DNA from: an uncultured virus (IMG/VR IMGVR_UViG_3300029258_004661)
Lineage: Duplodnaviria > Heunggongvirae > Uroviricota > Caudoviricetes
Virus record (IMG/VR): IMGVR_UViG_3300029258_004661
Span: 1 to 64,000 of that record
Direction: 5' to 3' (one strand)
Length of the DNA stretch: 64,000 nt
Both the position numbers and the translations under genes were made by a program. How positions within the stretch are numbered: position 1 is the first letter of the stretch; the number at the start of each line of letters is the position of its first letter. This document shows, in pieces, positions 30,372 to 40,409 of the stretch. The notes below the pieces were generated by a model. The model did no database searches and was not told the DNA's origin. It saw only the letters and a list, made by a program, of their open reading frames with translations.

Positions 30372-30563
30372 TTATGAAGAGGTTGTGACCTCAACGTAGT
30401 TGGTGCCATCCTCGCACAGTTGTAATTTACCGTCTGCATCCCGGTAGAGTCTACCGGGGTAGGCATCAGGGGCAGAAGACTGTGCAACAAGATCAATGTA
30501 ATTGGTGACATGAATCTTGTTGGTCTTTGTGGTTCCCCACAAATAACGTGTTTTTTCACTCAT
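30372..30563 (-). CDS. Small head-associated protein
   Basis: AAGGAG SD; P.A.PGRLYRD.DGKLQLC fibre-like motif. Confidence 0.55.
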   Translation of the reverse strand: MSEKTRYLWGTTKTNKIHVTNYIDLVAQSSAPDAYPGRLYRDADGKLQLCEDGTNYVEVTTSS

Positions 30564-30665
30564 GAGTCGCTTCTCCTTATCGCATTACACCGTTGCGCCA
30601 TACGGGGCAGCAGCCCTACGCCACTGCCCCTATGACAGAGTGTTGAGTGTTAACACCCGCCCCGG

Positions 30666-31592
30666 TTAGGGATTGGTGCCATTCGTGAACAGGTAGCCCG
30701 CGGCCAGCGTGGTGATTTTGGGCGCGTAAACCTTGTTCAGCTTAATGAACTCACCTTCCCGGTCTTCATCCCGCCAGCGTGCAACCTTGAATTTCTTGGA
30801 AACAAAGGTTCTGCCAAGCGTCAACTGGTGCCCGGTATTGACATAGGCACACACAATGTTGTCGCTCAGGATGTACTCATAACTGGCGGTCAGGCCCTCG
30901 TCAGCCTCATTGGCCAGCGCGTCCGTGATGATGATTTTCATGGAGCGCAGGCTGCCGGGCAGCCCCATACCGGTGATCATGTCGGTGCTGTGATGCTTCA
31001 GGATTTCCATGATCTTGTCATCCTGGGCAACGGCCTCGGCAATATCGGTGGTAAAGGAAATCTGGTTGGGGCGCTTGCCAATACGCTTGGCAATGGTCTT
31101 GATGGCAGTGGAGAGGTCGCCGAGAATATCAGGGGCGGTCCCGCCATCCCACGCGGTGGCAGCAGTCAGGTCCGTCTTGTAGGTAGCCTGATTCAAGCCC
31201 TGCGTGCCGACAATAAGGAGCCACTGATCCAGCTCCTGTGAGAGCATGACCTTTTCAGTCAGAAACTCCACGGTATCGGCCTTCGGCTTGATGGGGGCGT
31301 CGGCATGCTGCATGGCCCGATCGGTGACAATATCCTTGATGGCCCGTTCGTAGCAAGAGTAAGTCGCCTCATCGTAGCTGAGCGTGGCCTCTTCGGTGAT
31401 CGCACCGTCGGCCTTTTTGGGCGCACCCTTGAACCAGCCATCCCGGTTGTAGATCTTGTACTTACCGGTTTCCTTTGCGACACCCATTTCCGGGAGCCAC
31501 ATATTGCCGGTGTACTCGGCATTCTCATATTTGATGCTCAAGGCTGTGAGGACCTTGTCATCATGAATATAACCCATTTGTCGGTTATACAT
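30666..31592 (-). CDS. Major capsid protein (HK97 fold)
   Basis: D.VLTALSI.Y.N..Y N-terminus, WDG..PDIL.D...I..RIG.RPN; AAGGAGG SD; follows decoration and scaffold genes. Confidence 0.9.
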   Translation of the reverse strand: MYNRQMGYIHDDKVLTALSIKYENAEYTGNMWLPEMGVAKETGKYKIYNRDGWFKGAPKKADGAITEEATLSYDEATYSCYERAIKDIVTDRAMQHADAPIKPKADTVEFLTEKVMLSQELDQWLLIVGTQGLNQATYKTDLTAATAWDGGTAPDILGDLSTAIKTIAKRIGKRPNQISFTTDIAEAVAQDDKIMEILKHHSTDMITGMGLPGSLRSMKIIITDALANEADEGLTASYEYILSDNIVCAYVNTGHQLTLGRTFVSKKFKVARWRDEDREGEFIKLNKVYAPKITTLAAGYLFTNGTNP

Positions 31593-31673
31593 TTAATTAA
31601 CCTCCTTCGGAAAGTTACAAGGTTATGCTTAAAACCATATCAAAATGCCCCTCAGAGGGCACCAGGATGGACT

Positions 31674-32105
31674 CTAAGCGTTTGAAATGATACCCGGCAT
31701 GGAACACAGCACCGGAACCAGTTCGCCTGCCTCATCGCCCGTTTCAAGCGCAATACCCAGCGCGCCATAAAGGGTTTCACCGTCAGCAAACGCCTGACTG
31801 GCACACTGGCCAGCCGTGGCGGCGGACGGAATCACCACTTCCCCACGGGTAATGTTGCCGTCGGAAATAACTTTCCGGATGGGCGCATTGCACACGACCG
31901 TGATTTCTTCACCATCGGCGGCATCGGAATGGGCAACACCCAGGATGGCGACAGTCTGCGTGGTGGTATGGGGTTTTGCCTGCCGCCCCGCAGTACCTAA
32001 TTCCAGGATCTGGTTGTTGGAGATGGCACCCTCCGCGGTGAAGGTGTGGAGAAAACCATCAACCTGATTCCCCCATGTGTATCTGTTGTCGGTTTGGTCA
32101 GCCAT
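31674..32105 (-). CDS. Capsid cement/decoration protein
   Basis: FTAEGAI...ILGVA..DAADGE...GIALE..DEAGE pattern; AAGGAGG SD. Confidence 0.75.
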   Translation of the reverse strand: MADQTDNRYTWGNQVDGFLHTFTAEGAISNNQILELGTAGRQAKPHTTTQTVAILGVAHSDAADGEEITVVCNAPIRKVISDGNITRGEVVIPSAATAGQCASQAFADGETLYGALGIALETGDEAGELVPVLCSMPGIISNA

Positions 32106-32202
32106 TTTATATTATACCTCCTTCATTCGTATTAAGAGTTTACCGTGTTTAGCCCTGCCTGTTGATCGTTACCCTTACCATGTGCGCGTCAGAGGAGGTT
32201 AG

Positions 32203-33114
32203 CTAAACATTGCCGCCAAGATCAATGCGGTCCTTGTACTTCGGATCCATTGAGAGCTCAACCAGCGTTTCACCATAGGATTTTTCTCTTTCCTTGGCGA
32301 TGCCTTCGATTTCCTCAACGGAAAGCATTTTGTTCTCGCCCGGCTTTTCGCCGCCAGCGCCCTTGGTGTTCTCGCTCAGGTTCACACGCCCTTCCTCGGG
32401 AATCGCGGAGAGAATTCGGCGAATGATATCCTGGAGACTGAGTTTGCTTTCGACCTTTTCGGTCTTCTTCTCGTCGCCCTCGCCGGTGGTAACATCTTCG
32501 GAGAGGGTAACGACGGTGGTGCCACGGCCCTCATAGGCGTGAAGGACAGCGGAACACTCTTCGACGACGCTGGGCCAGAGACCATCGGCGGAAAGCTCCT
32601 TCTTGAAGGCTTCGATACTGCCCTCATAAATCCGCTTGTCATTGGCCTCGTTTTTTTTCTGGAGGGCCTTGATGCTCTCGCCAAGCTCCTTCACGGAGCC
32701 GTTCAACTTCTCAACATCCTCGGAAAGCTTGGCGTTCGTGGCCTTCAGGGCCTCGTTCTCTTCTGAGAGGGGTTTGTTGTCACCGTCGGTCTTTTCCTTG
32801 AGCTCCAGTTTCTCGAAGCGACCTTCCAGCTTCTTGAGGTACTTTTCGACACCGGCAATGCTCTCAGCATCTTTGACTTCGCTGATCTGCTCGCCAAGCT
32901 TCTTGACGCTTTCGCCAAGCGCTTCCAGCTTCTCAGCGGCATCGCTGTTCTCTTCGGCCTTCAGGTCTTCGGGCTTGATTGCCGCAAATTCCTGCTCAAC
33001 CTCGTTGAAGCTGTCTGTCGCCGCGGTCAGGTCTTCCTTTGTCACATCGCCCTCTGAAAGCTTCTTCAGGCTCTCGCCAAGGGCTTGCAACTTTTTCATG
33101 AGTTCTTTTAACAT
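32203..33114 (-). CDS. Nested in-frame scaffold protein (Mu gpZ-like)
   Basis: AAAGGAGGT SD inside the protease ORF just upstream of in-frame ATG 33114 (MLKELMKK). Confidence 0.7.
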   Translation of the reverse strand: MLKELMKKLQALGESLKKLSEGDVTKEDLTAATDSFNEVEQEFAAIKPEDLKAEENSDAAEKLEALGESVKKLGEQISEVKDAESIAGVEKYLKKLEGRFEKLELKEKTDGDNKPLSEENEALKATNAKLSEDVEKLNGSVKELGESIKALQKKNEANDKRIYEGSIEAFKKELSADGLWPSVVEECSAVLHAYEGRGTTVVTLSEDVTTGEGDEKKTEKVESKLSLQDIIRRILSAIPEEGRVNLSENTKGAGGEKPGENKMLSVEEIEGIAKEREKSYGETLVELSMDPKYKDRIDLGGNV

Positions 33115-33873
33115 TGGATCTGAAACCTCCTTTCGGTCCTCACTCAAAGGTGAGAATTCCTGTTCCGTTCCATCCTCTGAAAGAAGTACGGGGTCCATGT
33201 CTTTAATGAAGGGTCTGTTTGTCAGGCCACCGCCCAAAATACAAGGGCCGTGTTTCGTACCAGTTTCGTAATCTTGATACTCGTCAGTGAATTCGGTTGA
33301 AAAATAAATAAACTCCCTTTCCTTTAAACTCTTATATCCTCGTGGCGTAAGCTCCACGGTTGCAAAGAATTTGTCTCCACTCGAATGAAACTTCTTGACC
33401 CAAGCCGCAGCCCCCCAGTCCGGCCGGTGCTTGAAATCATAAGCGATATGCTCTTGTGGGATGTTCAGGTTAAAATTTCGGATAAATTTGCGAAACTTCT
33501 TTTGGTTAAATTCCAACTTCCCATACATCGGGTGTTCCCATTTGCCTTCCCGCATAATTTGAATCTTTACGGTTTTCTCTTTTTCAAAGTCGTCTTCGGC
33601 GAGTTTGACAGGAAGGGTAACGCAGGTTGAAAGGGCTCTTGATGGCATCTTGAATTTTCGATCATACTTCTGTATATCTTTTCCCATTATTTCTTCCTCC
33701 CTATCAAGGAAATCATCAAGGAGCGCCTTCTCCTCCACTGAAAGTTCTTCATGGCGCTGTGGCGGTTTGCCGTGCTTCTTTTTATACTGGGCCGTACAAA
33801 TAGCGTAAGCGGAATCCTTAGGGGTTCCGCTTTTGATCAAGCTCGCCACACAGTCAGTCCACTCTTTCGGCAT
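32203..33873 (-). CDS. Mu gpI-type prohead protease fused to scaffold
   Basis: G.WEHP.YG, IAYDFKH, AAAWV, YFSTEF and GGGLTNRPFIKDM protease motifs; coiled-coil C-terminal half. Confidence 0.88.
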   Translation of the reverse strand: MPKEWTDCVASLIKSGTPKDSAYAICTAQYKKKHGKPPQRHEELSVEEKALLDDFLDREEEIMGKDIQKYDRKFKMPSRALSTCVTLPVKLAEDDFEKEKTVKIQIMREGKWEHPMYGKLEFNQKKFRKFIRNFNLNIPQEHIAYDFKHRPDWGAAAWVKKFHSSGDKFFATVELTPRGYKSLKEREFIYFSTEFTDEYQDYETGTKHGPCILGGGLTNRPFIKDMDPVLLSEDGTEQEFSPLSEDRKEVSDPMLKELMKKLQALGESLKKLSEGDVTKEDLTAATDSFNEVEQEFAAIKPEDLKAEENSDAAEKLEALGESVKKLGEQISEVKDAESIAGVEKYLKKLEGRFEKLELKEKTDGDNKPLSEENEALKATNAKLSEDVEKLNGSVKELGESIKALQKKNEANDKRIYEGSIEAFKKELSADGLWPSVVEECSAVLHAYEGRGTTVVTLSEDVTTGEGDEKKTEKVESKLSLQDIIRRILSAIPEEGRVNLSENTKGAGGEKPGENKMLSVEEIEGIAKEREKSYGETLVELSMDPKYKDRIDLGGNV

Positions 33874-33916
33874 TGCAACTCCTTAACAGTATTAAATCCT
33901 GTCTGTTACTGATCTA

Positions 33917-34384
33917 TCACAGGTAATTTTGTTTGTCAACTAAATATTTAATAACATCCACAAACACCATTTTAGCACCTCCCCTTTTAATGGGGCGAAC
34001 TTTTATGAATGCGTTCTGGTTGATGGCATCCTGAATAGTGCGGGTATTACTGCCGCCACCACTGGCACCAATGGAAAGCAATTCAGTAGCGCAAAACTCA
34101 ACATGGTATGCTCGGCCATTGTCGTTAACGTAAAACACAAGGCAACCGAGGGAAGGGTTATTCACCTTGCAGCCAATCATGAGGTTCATTAAACCGTCAG
34201 CGGTATAATCGGCCCTGCGGGGAAGGGCACCAACAGCCTTTATTAGCTCAATGACAAAGCCGCTACAGTCAAAACCGCTAGGGTCATCCCCGCCCCATTT
34301 ATAAAATTTACCAAGAAACTGAATGGCGTATTGCAACATTGCGCCGCGCAAATCACCTTGCTGGGCATCTGTTAATGCAATCAT
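33917..34384 (-). CDS. NlpC/P60 (C40) peptidase, probable endolysin
   Basis: YKWGGDDPSGFDCSGFV catalytic Cys motif and AYHVEF His. Confidence 0.85.
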   Translation of the reverse strand: MIALTDAQQGDLRGAMLQYAIQFLGKFYKWGGDDPSGFDCSGFVIELIKAVGALPRRADYTADGLMNLMIGCKVNNPSLGCLVFYVNDNGRAYHVEFCATELLSIGASGGGSNTRTIQDAINQNAFIKVRPIKRGGAKMVFVDVIKYLVDKQNYL

Positions 34385-34902
34385 TATCTTTTTACCCCAT
34401 TCCCATTGTCAATAGCCTTGGCCAAAATGACTATTTCAGATTTGGTTGATTTAATTTCTTCTTTCATATTATCCATTTCGCCAGAAATCGCAATGGCAAT
34501 ACGCTCAACTTTATCCCCAACATCATTTGTAGCCTTCATTTGGGCTTGATGCTTTAACTCTTGGTTTTCCGAAAGTTGTTTATGGTAAGTCTTACAATGA
34601 TCTTGCTGAACAAAGCGCCCAATGGCATCGAAAAGAGATAAGCAGCCGTTTGGGTTTGATGTGCTACCTTGCTGATGGCTGGTAACACCCCCACTGCCCC
34701 CGCTGCTCCCACCATTCCCATTTCTCTTTTCGACATACCAACTCTTTGCTCCACGAAAAGCAAAATAGGAAATTGTACCAACAAAAGCACCAGCCGCCCC
34801 AAATACACTGCTATACGCCCCAGACGAAACGCCGCCGGTTGAACGAACCGCGCGGACTATTTCCGCTAATGTGTCCGGGGAAATGACATTGGGGTCTGGC
34901 AT
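34384..34902 (-). CDS. Membrane protein, possible holin
   Basis: One hydrophobic helix plus coiled-coil tail; directly upstream of the peptidase. Confidence 0.4.
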   Translation of the reverse strand: MPDPNVISPDTLAEIVRAVRSTGGVSSGAYSSVFGAAGAFVGTISYFAFRGAKSWYVEKRNGNGGSSGGSGGVTSHQQGSTSNPNGCLSLFDAIGRFVQQDHCKTYHKQLSENQELKHQAQMKATNDVGDKVERIAIAISGEMDNMKEEIKSTKSEIVILAKAIDNGNGVKR

Positions 34903-34920
34903 ATTGCACCTCCTATGTTC

Positions 34921-35460
34921 TTATTTTTTATCTGGCTCAATAACCTCAATGCCATCAATAATCGGCATAATGGCTTCGATTTGCTCCGTGCTTGCATCTT
35001 CTGGCAAATCATCATACGGCAGCGGAATGTATAAAATCGTTACCTCGCTATCAAGTAGCTCATTGAAGCACCTCTTGTTCTCTTCAAGTTCATCAAGAGC
35101 TTCCTTGTGTTTTTTGCGAAGCACTTTCTGTTCATCGGAAAACTCTACTAAATTGCCAACAATGGAGAAATTTCCTTTTTCGTCAACAATAGGCTTCCCG
35201 TTTTCATCCTTATCACAGAATTTTCGACACAAAATAGCATATTCAGAATCATAATCTTTAATGCCGGAAGGGGTCTTATTATACTCCTCAAGGGCCATCA
35301 ACTCGTCCCTAATGTAGATCCTATTTCTTGCGATCTTAAACTTAAGGTAGTTGTTGTCCTTTAGGACCGGCATGTCTTTGAAGGCCCGAAGGGCGGCGCT
35401 GATTTCACTTACCCTTCTCATCTTCAACGTTGTCTCTTTTACTGTAAATTTCTGTGTCAT
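34921..35460 (-). CDS. Helical chaperone-like protein following fibre gene
   Basis: KIARN...KDENGKP...ELLDSEV pattern seen in fibre-adjacent phage proteins. Confidence 0.45.
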   Translation of the reverse strand: MTQKFTVKETTLKMRRVSEISAALRAFKDMPVLKDNNYLKFKIARNRIYIRDELMALEEYNKTPSGIKDYDSEYAILCRKFCDKDENGKPIVDEKGNFSIVGNLVEFSDEQKVLRKKHKEALDELEENKRCFNELLDSEVTILYIPLPYDDLPEDASTEQIEAIMPIIDGIEVIEPDKK

Positions 35461-35503
35461 ACCAAAGTTACCTCCTTACCAAATTAAAATTTTACAACAC
35501 CTA

Positions 35504-38227
35504 TTACAGAACGTTCACGACTGCTGGGCCACCAATTTCCCAATTTGTAGAATCGTTTCCAATATGATTGATATAAAATACAGTCTCGTATTCGGAGCCT
35601 GTCCACTTTTGGAAGTTTAAATAGCCTCCGGTTTGAACTAAGCGTGTTCCTTCGTTGCTAAAATATATCATTGGTGTCGAGTTATAAAACTCTATATTTC
35701 CGTTCAGCAAAAGCTTGACAAGATCTTTTGCCTCAGACTCTTCACTCACGCCGAGGTTAAGCATATCACTGAGATAATTCGTACTGTCCCCGGCTGTTTG
35801 ATTAATATTGCCAGTATGGACATGACCTATAGCGGCGTAATCAGAATCGTGATTATGAGTGGCATCGGCATAATTGGTATTACAAAATGTTGCAACTGCC
35901 TTTGAGGTTGGGGCCTCGTCATCGCTTGTACTCAGAAGGGTTGTTGAAAACTTGTTAATACCTGTGCCTTGCTCAAGGGTAACCTTTGAGTCTCCACCAA
36001 TGGCAAAAGCCGTGGTATAAGAAACTTCGCCAGTTTTTACATGGCGAATATCAAACTCAGAGCCACGCCCATCGCCGCTGTAACTTTCTGTGGCCCTCAT
36101 GCGGAGAACACCTGTTAGACGCCCCTGACCATTATCAAAGCCAGCATATACAACCTCGCCCAATGAATGCCCGTCGGCAGTGTAGCTTGGGCCATTGATT
36201 GCATTTCCAGCATGGAATAAATACAATGTTCCGCAATCAGTGGCGGTGTCACTGTATGAAAAAGCCCCGAGCATTGCAGCGGATTCTTTGACCGCCGATA
36301 TATGCCCATAGACCGGCCCATATTGCATATGGAGTGCCACTGCGCTCGGATTATCGGTAATAATCATGCATGGATCTGTAACCGTAGAAGAAATAAAACC
36401 TGCCCAAGTATCATTAACGGTAAAGCTGATTCGGCCATATGTTATTTCGGCTGAATCAACAACCTGCACCTTCGAGTTGCCTTCTGAGATTTCATCATGC
36501 GTATGGGTGCTGTCTGCATAGACCCCGGCATGGGTATGATCCGCTGTGGCATAATCAGAGTCATGATTATGGAAAGTATTCTCGAAAGTATTCCACTCGC
36601 CGTCATAATACTGGAGGGCACTTCCAGTCCAGCGAATCATGCCGCCAGAAACATTTGTGCCATCATAATTACCCGGCTTAATGCTGCTCGTAAAAGTTGC
36701 CCGATAATCATTCTCAAGCGTTAACGCCGCACTGAAAGGGGCTCCCGCCCCAGCATTCGGCGTTACACATATCATAAGCTTTGTACCAACGCCGCTACCG
36801 TTCCAGCTCTCAGTTGCTTGCGAGTACATACCAGCAGAGGCAACATACCCGGCCACGCTATGATAGCCGGAGATTATATATGCCCCAATCGTGTTGTCAA
36901 CTTCAATTTCGGAAGGTTCTTCCGCTGTGCCCTTGCTTCTGCCAACAGCCATGTAGGCATGATTATAACTCCCATCATCATGGCCAACAATAGCTGCCGC
37001 GGCCTGTCCATCATAATCAAGATGAAAATTATAAACAGGGTCAATACCAACTCCGAGCTTGCCACCACTAAAACGGGCAACCTCGGTGCCATTTTCCTTT
37101 ATGATAAATGGCGAGTTAGAGCTAAAGCCGTCAGCATAAATATCCCCATCAACATGGAGATCCTCATTAGTTGTATCCCAATAAAGCTTTGAACTCGAAG
37201 CATGCGCGGAGCTGCCATCGCTAAACTGAATTTCTCCCTCGTCGCCAGAAACAGCATAGTTAGAGTGTATGTGATCTGATGCAGCATAATCAGAGTCATG
37301 ATCGTGGTCGGTGTTTTCAAATGTCTTCCACTCGCCGTCATAATACTGGAGGGCACTTCCAGTCCACTGTATGGTGCCATCGTTAGTGCTATCAGCAGCA
37401 CCAAGCTGAACAGCCCCGGACACACGAAGCTTTTCATCCCCAAAAGTTGAATCGCCAACAACAACCTTTCCATTCCCGCCAATACCGAGAGCTGCAACGG
37501 CAGTTGGCGAGCCATTAGGGGTTGAGGAAATAATAAGTTCTGAGCCATGAGATTCGCTGTCCCAGTCTTCCGTTGCATACCCAATCATGGTTATGCCAGA
37601 TGGAAGCGTGGCCCCATCAAAGGCACCAAAGCTTATCATTCCAATGTAATCGTCATTCTGAATAGGGTCGGGGGAATCAATACTCCCCCTGATGTGGCCA
37701 AGACTTAACATTCCAGAGGCATAAAATGCATCGCTATACCCAATAGCGGCCAAGGGGGCATGGGCTCCATCAATAACAAGCTGGAGGTTTCCAAATACAG
37801 GAGCCAATGGGTTGTTTCCAAACCTGACCCCGCTAGCATCAATGGTTCCCCACTGAGTATTATCCGCTTTAAACTTAATTGCGCCACCACTGCCAGTATC
37901 TACTATCTCTACGCTGGTATCGCCCTCGGAGATAATATCATGGCTGTGAGCCGCATCAAAAACAGTTTGCCAAGCAACACCGTCGTCAATATATGTGTTG
38001 CCAGTACTATCGCCGGAATTAACATGAAAAATTCTCCCGGCAGCACCAGCCGCGGGCCTGCTGGCCAATGCCCCCACCTTCACAGAGCCGATAACGTGAT
38101 GGTTTGCGCCGTCACCAACAAAAATCTCTTTTGTATCTGTGGTGAAACCAGCCTCCCCGGCAGCTAGGGTAATCCCTCCAAGCTCTGACTCTGTCCCTCT
38201 TCTCAACTGTATTGTGTTAGACATCAC
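35504..38227 (-). CDS. Fibre protein, Mtd/hyaluronidase-type N-terminal domain, three internal repeats
   Basis: IQLRRGT...LAAGEAGFTTDT...VGDG; repeated HxH motifs. Confidence 0.75.
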   Translation of the reverse strand: MMSNTIQLRRGTESELGGITLAAGEAGFTTDTKEIFVGDGANHHVIGSVKVGALASRPAAGAAGRIFHVNSGDSTGNTYIDDGVAWQTVFDAAHSHDIISEGDTSVEIVDTGSGGAIKFKADNTQWGTIDASGVRFGNNPLAPVFGNLQLVIDGAHAPLAAIGYSDAFYASGMLSLGHIRGSIDSPDPIQNDDYIGMISFGAFDGATLPSGITMIGYATEDWDSESHGSELIISSTPNGSPTAVAALGIGGNGKVVVGDSTFGDEKLRVSGAVQLGAADSTNDGTIQWTGSALQYYDGEWKTFENTDHDHDSDYAASDHIHSNYAVSGDEGEIQFSDGSSAHASSSKLYWDTTNEDLHVDGDIYADGFSSNSPFIIKENGTEVARFSGGKLGVGIDPVYNFHLDYDGQAAAAIVGHDDGSYNHAYMAVGRSKGTAEEPSEIEVDNTIGAYIISGYHSVAGYVASAGMYSQATESWNGSGVGTKLMICVTPNAGAGAPFSAALTLENDYRATFTSSIKPGNYDGTNVSGGMIRWTGSALQYYDGEWNTFENTFHNHDSDYATADHTHAGVYADSTHTHDEISEGNSKVQVVDSAEITYGRISFTVNDTWAGFISSTVTDPCMIITDNPSAVALHMQYGPVYGHISAVKESAAMLGAFSYSDTATDCGTLYLFHAGNAINGPSYTADGHSLGEVVYAGFDNGQGRLTGVLRMRATESYSGDGRGSEFDIRHVKTGEVSYTTAFAIGGDSKVTLEQGTGINKFSTTLLSTSDDEAPTSKAVATFCNTNYADATHNHDSDYAAIGHVHTGNINQTAGDSTNYLSDMLNLGVSEESEAKDLVKLLLNGNIEFYNSTPMIYFSNEGTRLVQTGGYLNFQKWTGSEYETVFYINHIGNDSTNWEIGGPAVVNVL

Positions 38228-38305
38228 ATTATCCTTCCAAAAAGGGTTGGCCCTAGCGGGGCTAAATATTTAAACCCCGCTAAGGATTATTAAACCCCCG
38301 AAAAA

Positions 38306-39562
38306 CTAAACGAAGGAGCCGCCGTCAATATCGCCAACCTCAAGCACACCATTGGAATGCTTAATGGTGCTGTTGTCCACTTCAACCCCGGCCCCGTCAG
38401 CGCCCACTGCCAAGGGGGCAATGGTATCGCCAGTGCTGGTATCCGCTTTGATTTCAATGCCATGATTGGAGCCATCAAACTGCAAACCGCCATCCGCTTC
38501 AAGGTTAATGCGAATGTCATTTGAATTTTCCTCAAGACCATAGTCGGTATCAATGAAATCGGTAACATCAACGGCAATATCATCGGAATCAACATCAACG
38601 CCGTCCCCTGCCCCGACGTGAAGAATACTGCCATCTTTGGTCAGGCCGTTGCCAGCCGTTATTCCGGCCAAGCCACCAAATTCATCCCAGGAGGAACCAT
38701 CCCACCGTTGCCATGTGCCGCTATCACGGTCCCAGCAAAGTGCGCCTTCCCCCTCCTCAGAGACATCGTAGGCAACCTCAAAAGAATCGCCATCATATTC
38801 AACAATGTCATTACCCTCAAGCCCATCAATTGAGCCAAAATTGGCATGGGCATTTGTTGAGTCCGTCATGATGTAGCGGGCACCGGTATCCGGGGAACCA
38901 CCAGGATCAAGGGTATCATCCACCTGAATATCAAGCACATCCGCCTGGATATCAAGCCCCGCAATTGCGAGGTCAATGGTGTTCTGGATTTTCTGTGCCG
39001 ACCAGAGATCCGTTGAGCTGCTGCCAGCATCGCTGACCTTTACACCAGAATCATCAAGGCCGCCGGTAGTATCGGCAAAGGTGGCAATGTTGCCAACAGC
39101 ACTTGAGGCCGGATGCTCTTGATGGATTGAGTCATCATCAAGATGCCCCCGTACATCAGATGCCGTGGCCACATTTGCCCCATCATTTACCTGCGTGACA
39201 TAGCCGCTTTCATCAACCTCGGAAGCCGCAACCCGCTGATAGCTGGTGCCATCATCAATATCGTCCAGGTCTCCACTGAGGTCTCCAATGTTGGAAACGC
39301 CAATTTTAACCCACTGTGCCCCATCATCAAGAAATGTATCCCCGGCATCATCGCCGTCTGTTTGGTGAAAAATTCTCCCGGCAACGCCAGCCGCGGGCTT
39401 ATTGGCGACAACATCAACCTTGACAGAGCCAATCAGGTTATTGCTGGCTCCGTCACCAATGTAAACCTCCTTGGTGTCTGTGGTGAAACCCAACTCACCA
39501 GCCGCCAAAGTAATGCCATTGAGCTCCGCCTTTGTACCTCTTTTTACTTGAAAAACCGGCAT
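38306..39562 (-). CDS. Fibre protein paralogue
   Basis: QVKRGT...LAAGELGFTTDTKE; AGNGLTKDG shaft repeats; C-terminal DGGSF. Confidence 0.75.
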   Translation of the reverse strand: MPVFQVKRGTKAELNGITLAAGELGFTTDTKEVYIGDGASNNLIGSVKVDVVANKPAAGVAGRIFHQTDGDDAGDTFLDDGAQWVKIGVSNIGDLSGDLDDIDDGTSYQRVAASEVDESGYVTQVNDGANVATASDVRGHLDDDSIHQEHPASSAVGNIATFADTTGGLDDSGVKVSDAGSSSTDLWSAQKIQNTIDLAIAGLDIQADVLDIQVDDTLDPGGSPDTGARYIMTDSTNAHANFGSIDGLEGNDIVEYDGDSFEVAYDVSEEGEGALCWDRDSGTWQRWDGSSWDEFGGLAGITAGNGLTKDGSILHVGAGDGVDVDSDDIAVDVTDFIDTDYGLEENSNDIRINLEADGGLQFDGSNHGIEIKADTSTGDTIAPLAVGADGAGVEVDNSTIKHSNGVLEVGDIDGGSFV

Positions 39563-39603
39563 AATTTTAACCCCCTATTGAAGATTAATAAGTTAATAAA
39601 AAC

Positions 39604-39912
39604 TCATACAAAAGAACCCATATCTAAATTATCAGGAATGGTAGCTTCAGACCAAGAGCCATCCCCGCGAAAAAATTTATCCGTTTCTCCGGTAAGCTTC
39701 GGCATCAAACCATGCGCCGACACAGATACATCAAGATTCGTACTGTCATCTGGCACAGCAAGAGCATCAAGCTTTAAGGGGTCACTCCCACCATTTGCAT
39801 GCCCTGTGGAATGAAAAATGAGGGCATATCTTGAGTCATGATTGTGGTTCAGCGGAGCATAAGAACCGCCGCCACCGCTTCCAAAATAATTGACCGGCTT
39901 AACTCTTGCCAT
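39604..39912 (-). CDS. Short fibre-like protein
   Basis: HNHDSRY, H.TGH.NGGSDPL, AHGLMPKL, FFRGDGSW; C-terminal DMGSFV shared with neighbour. Confidence 0.6.
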   Translation of the reverse strand: MARVKPVNYFGSGGGGSYAPLNHNHDSRYALIFHSTGHANGGSDPLKLDALAVPDDSTNLDVSVSAHGLMPKLTGETDKFFRGDGSWSEATIPDNLDMGSFV

Positions 39913-39926
39913 GATATACCTCCATA

Positions 39927-40397
39927 TTAATCAACGGTTTCAAACGCGATTTCCATTGTGACATCGCCAATGGGGTTGACGGCATCATTATTCCTAAACC
40001 AGGCATAAAACATATTATCAGGGATGTCGTCAGCGTTTCTCACAACGAGGTCCATTAGCCAGCTATCTGACATTGACAATACCTCGCCCTCATAGGCAAT
40101 AATTTCGTTGATAGTATCAAGGCATGTCATGTCGCCGCGGTTGAGAATGCTGAAATCGAAATCTTCAGAATTACATGACAAAGAGATTTTGAGAAATTTC
40201 ATAACATCTGCATTTCCAGCATAATCACGATCTTCATCCGTAACCGATGTTTTAAGGTTTGAAATTTCAAATCTGACAAGCTCCGAACTCTCGCCGGTGG
40301 CATCAACGCTTGGGTTAAATGTGTATGCCTGTATCACTCGGCTAATCTCTGCCATATAATTATCTGAAACGTGATGGATTACGGTGGCCGTGATCAT
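39927..40397 (-). CDS. Hypothetical virion protein
   Basis: AAGGAGG SD; acidic beta-rich ORF in the structural operon. Confidence 0.55.
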   Translation of the reverse strand: MITATVIHHVSDNYMAEISRVIQAYTFNPSVDATGESSELVRFEISNLKTSVTDEDRDYAGNADVMKFLKISLSCNSEDFDFSILNRGDMTCLDTINEIIAYEGEVLSMSDSWLMDLVVRNADDIPDNMFYAWFRNNDAVNPIGDVTMEIAFETVD

Positions 40398-40409
40398 GGC
40401 AAAACCTCC

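Noticed and set aside
30640..30675. CCC-TAA shifty stop at the end of the capsid gene
   Set aside because: The +1 frame stops after about 6 codons and the -1 frame after about 18, so there is no meaningful extension.
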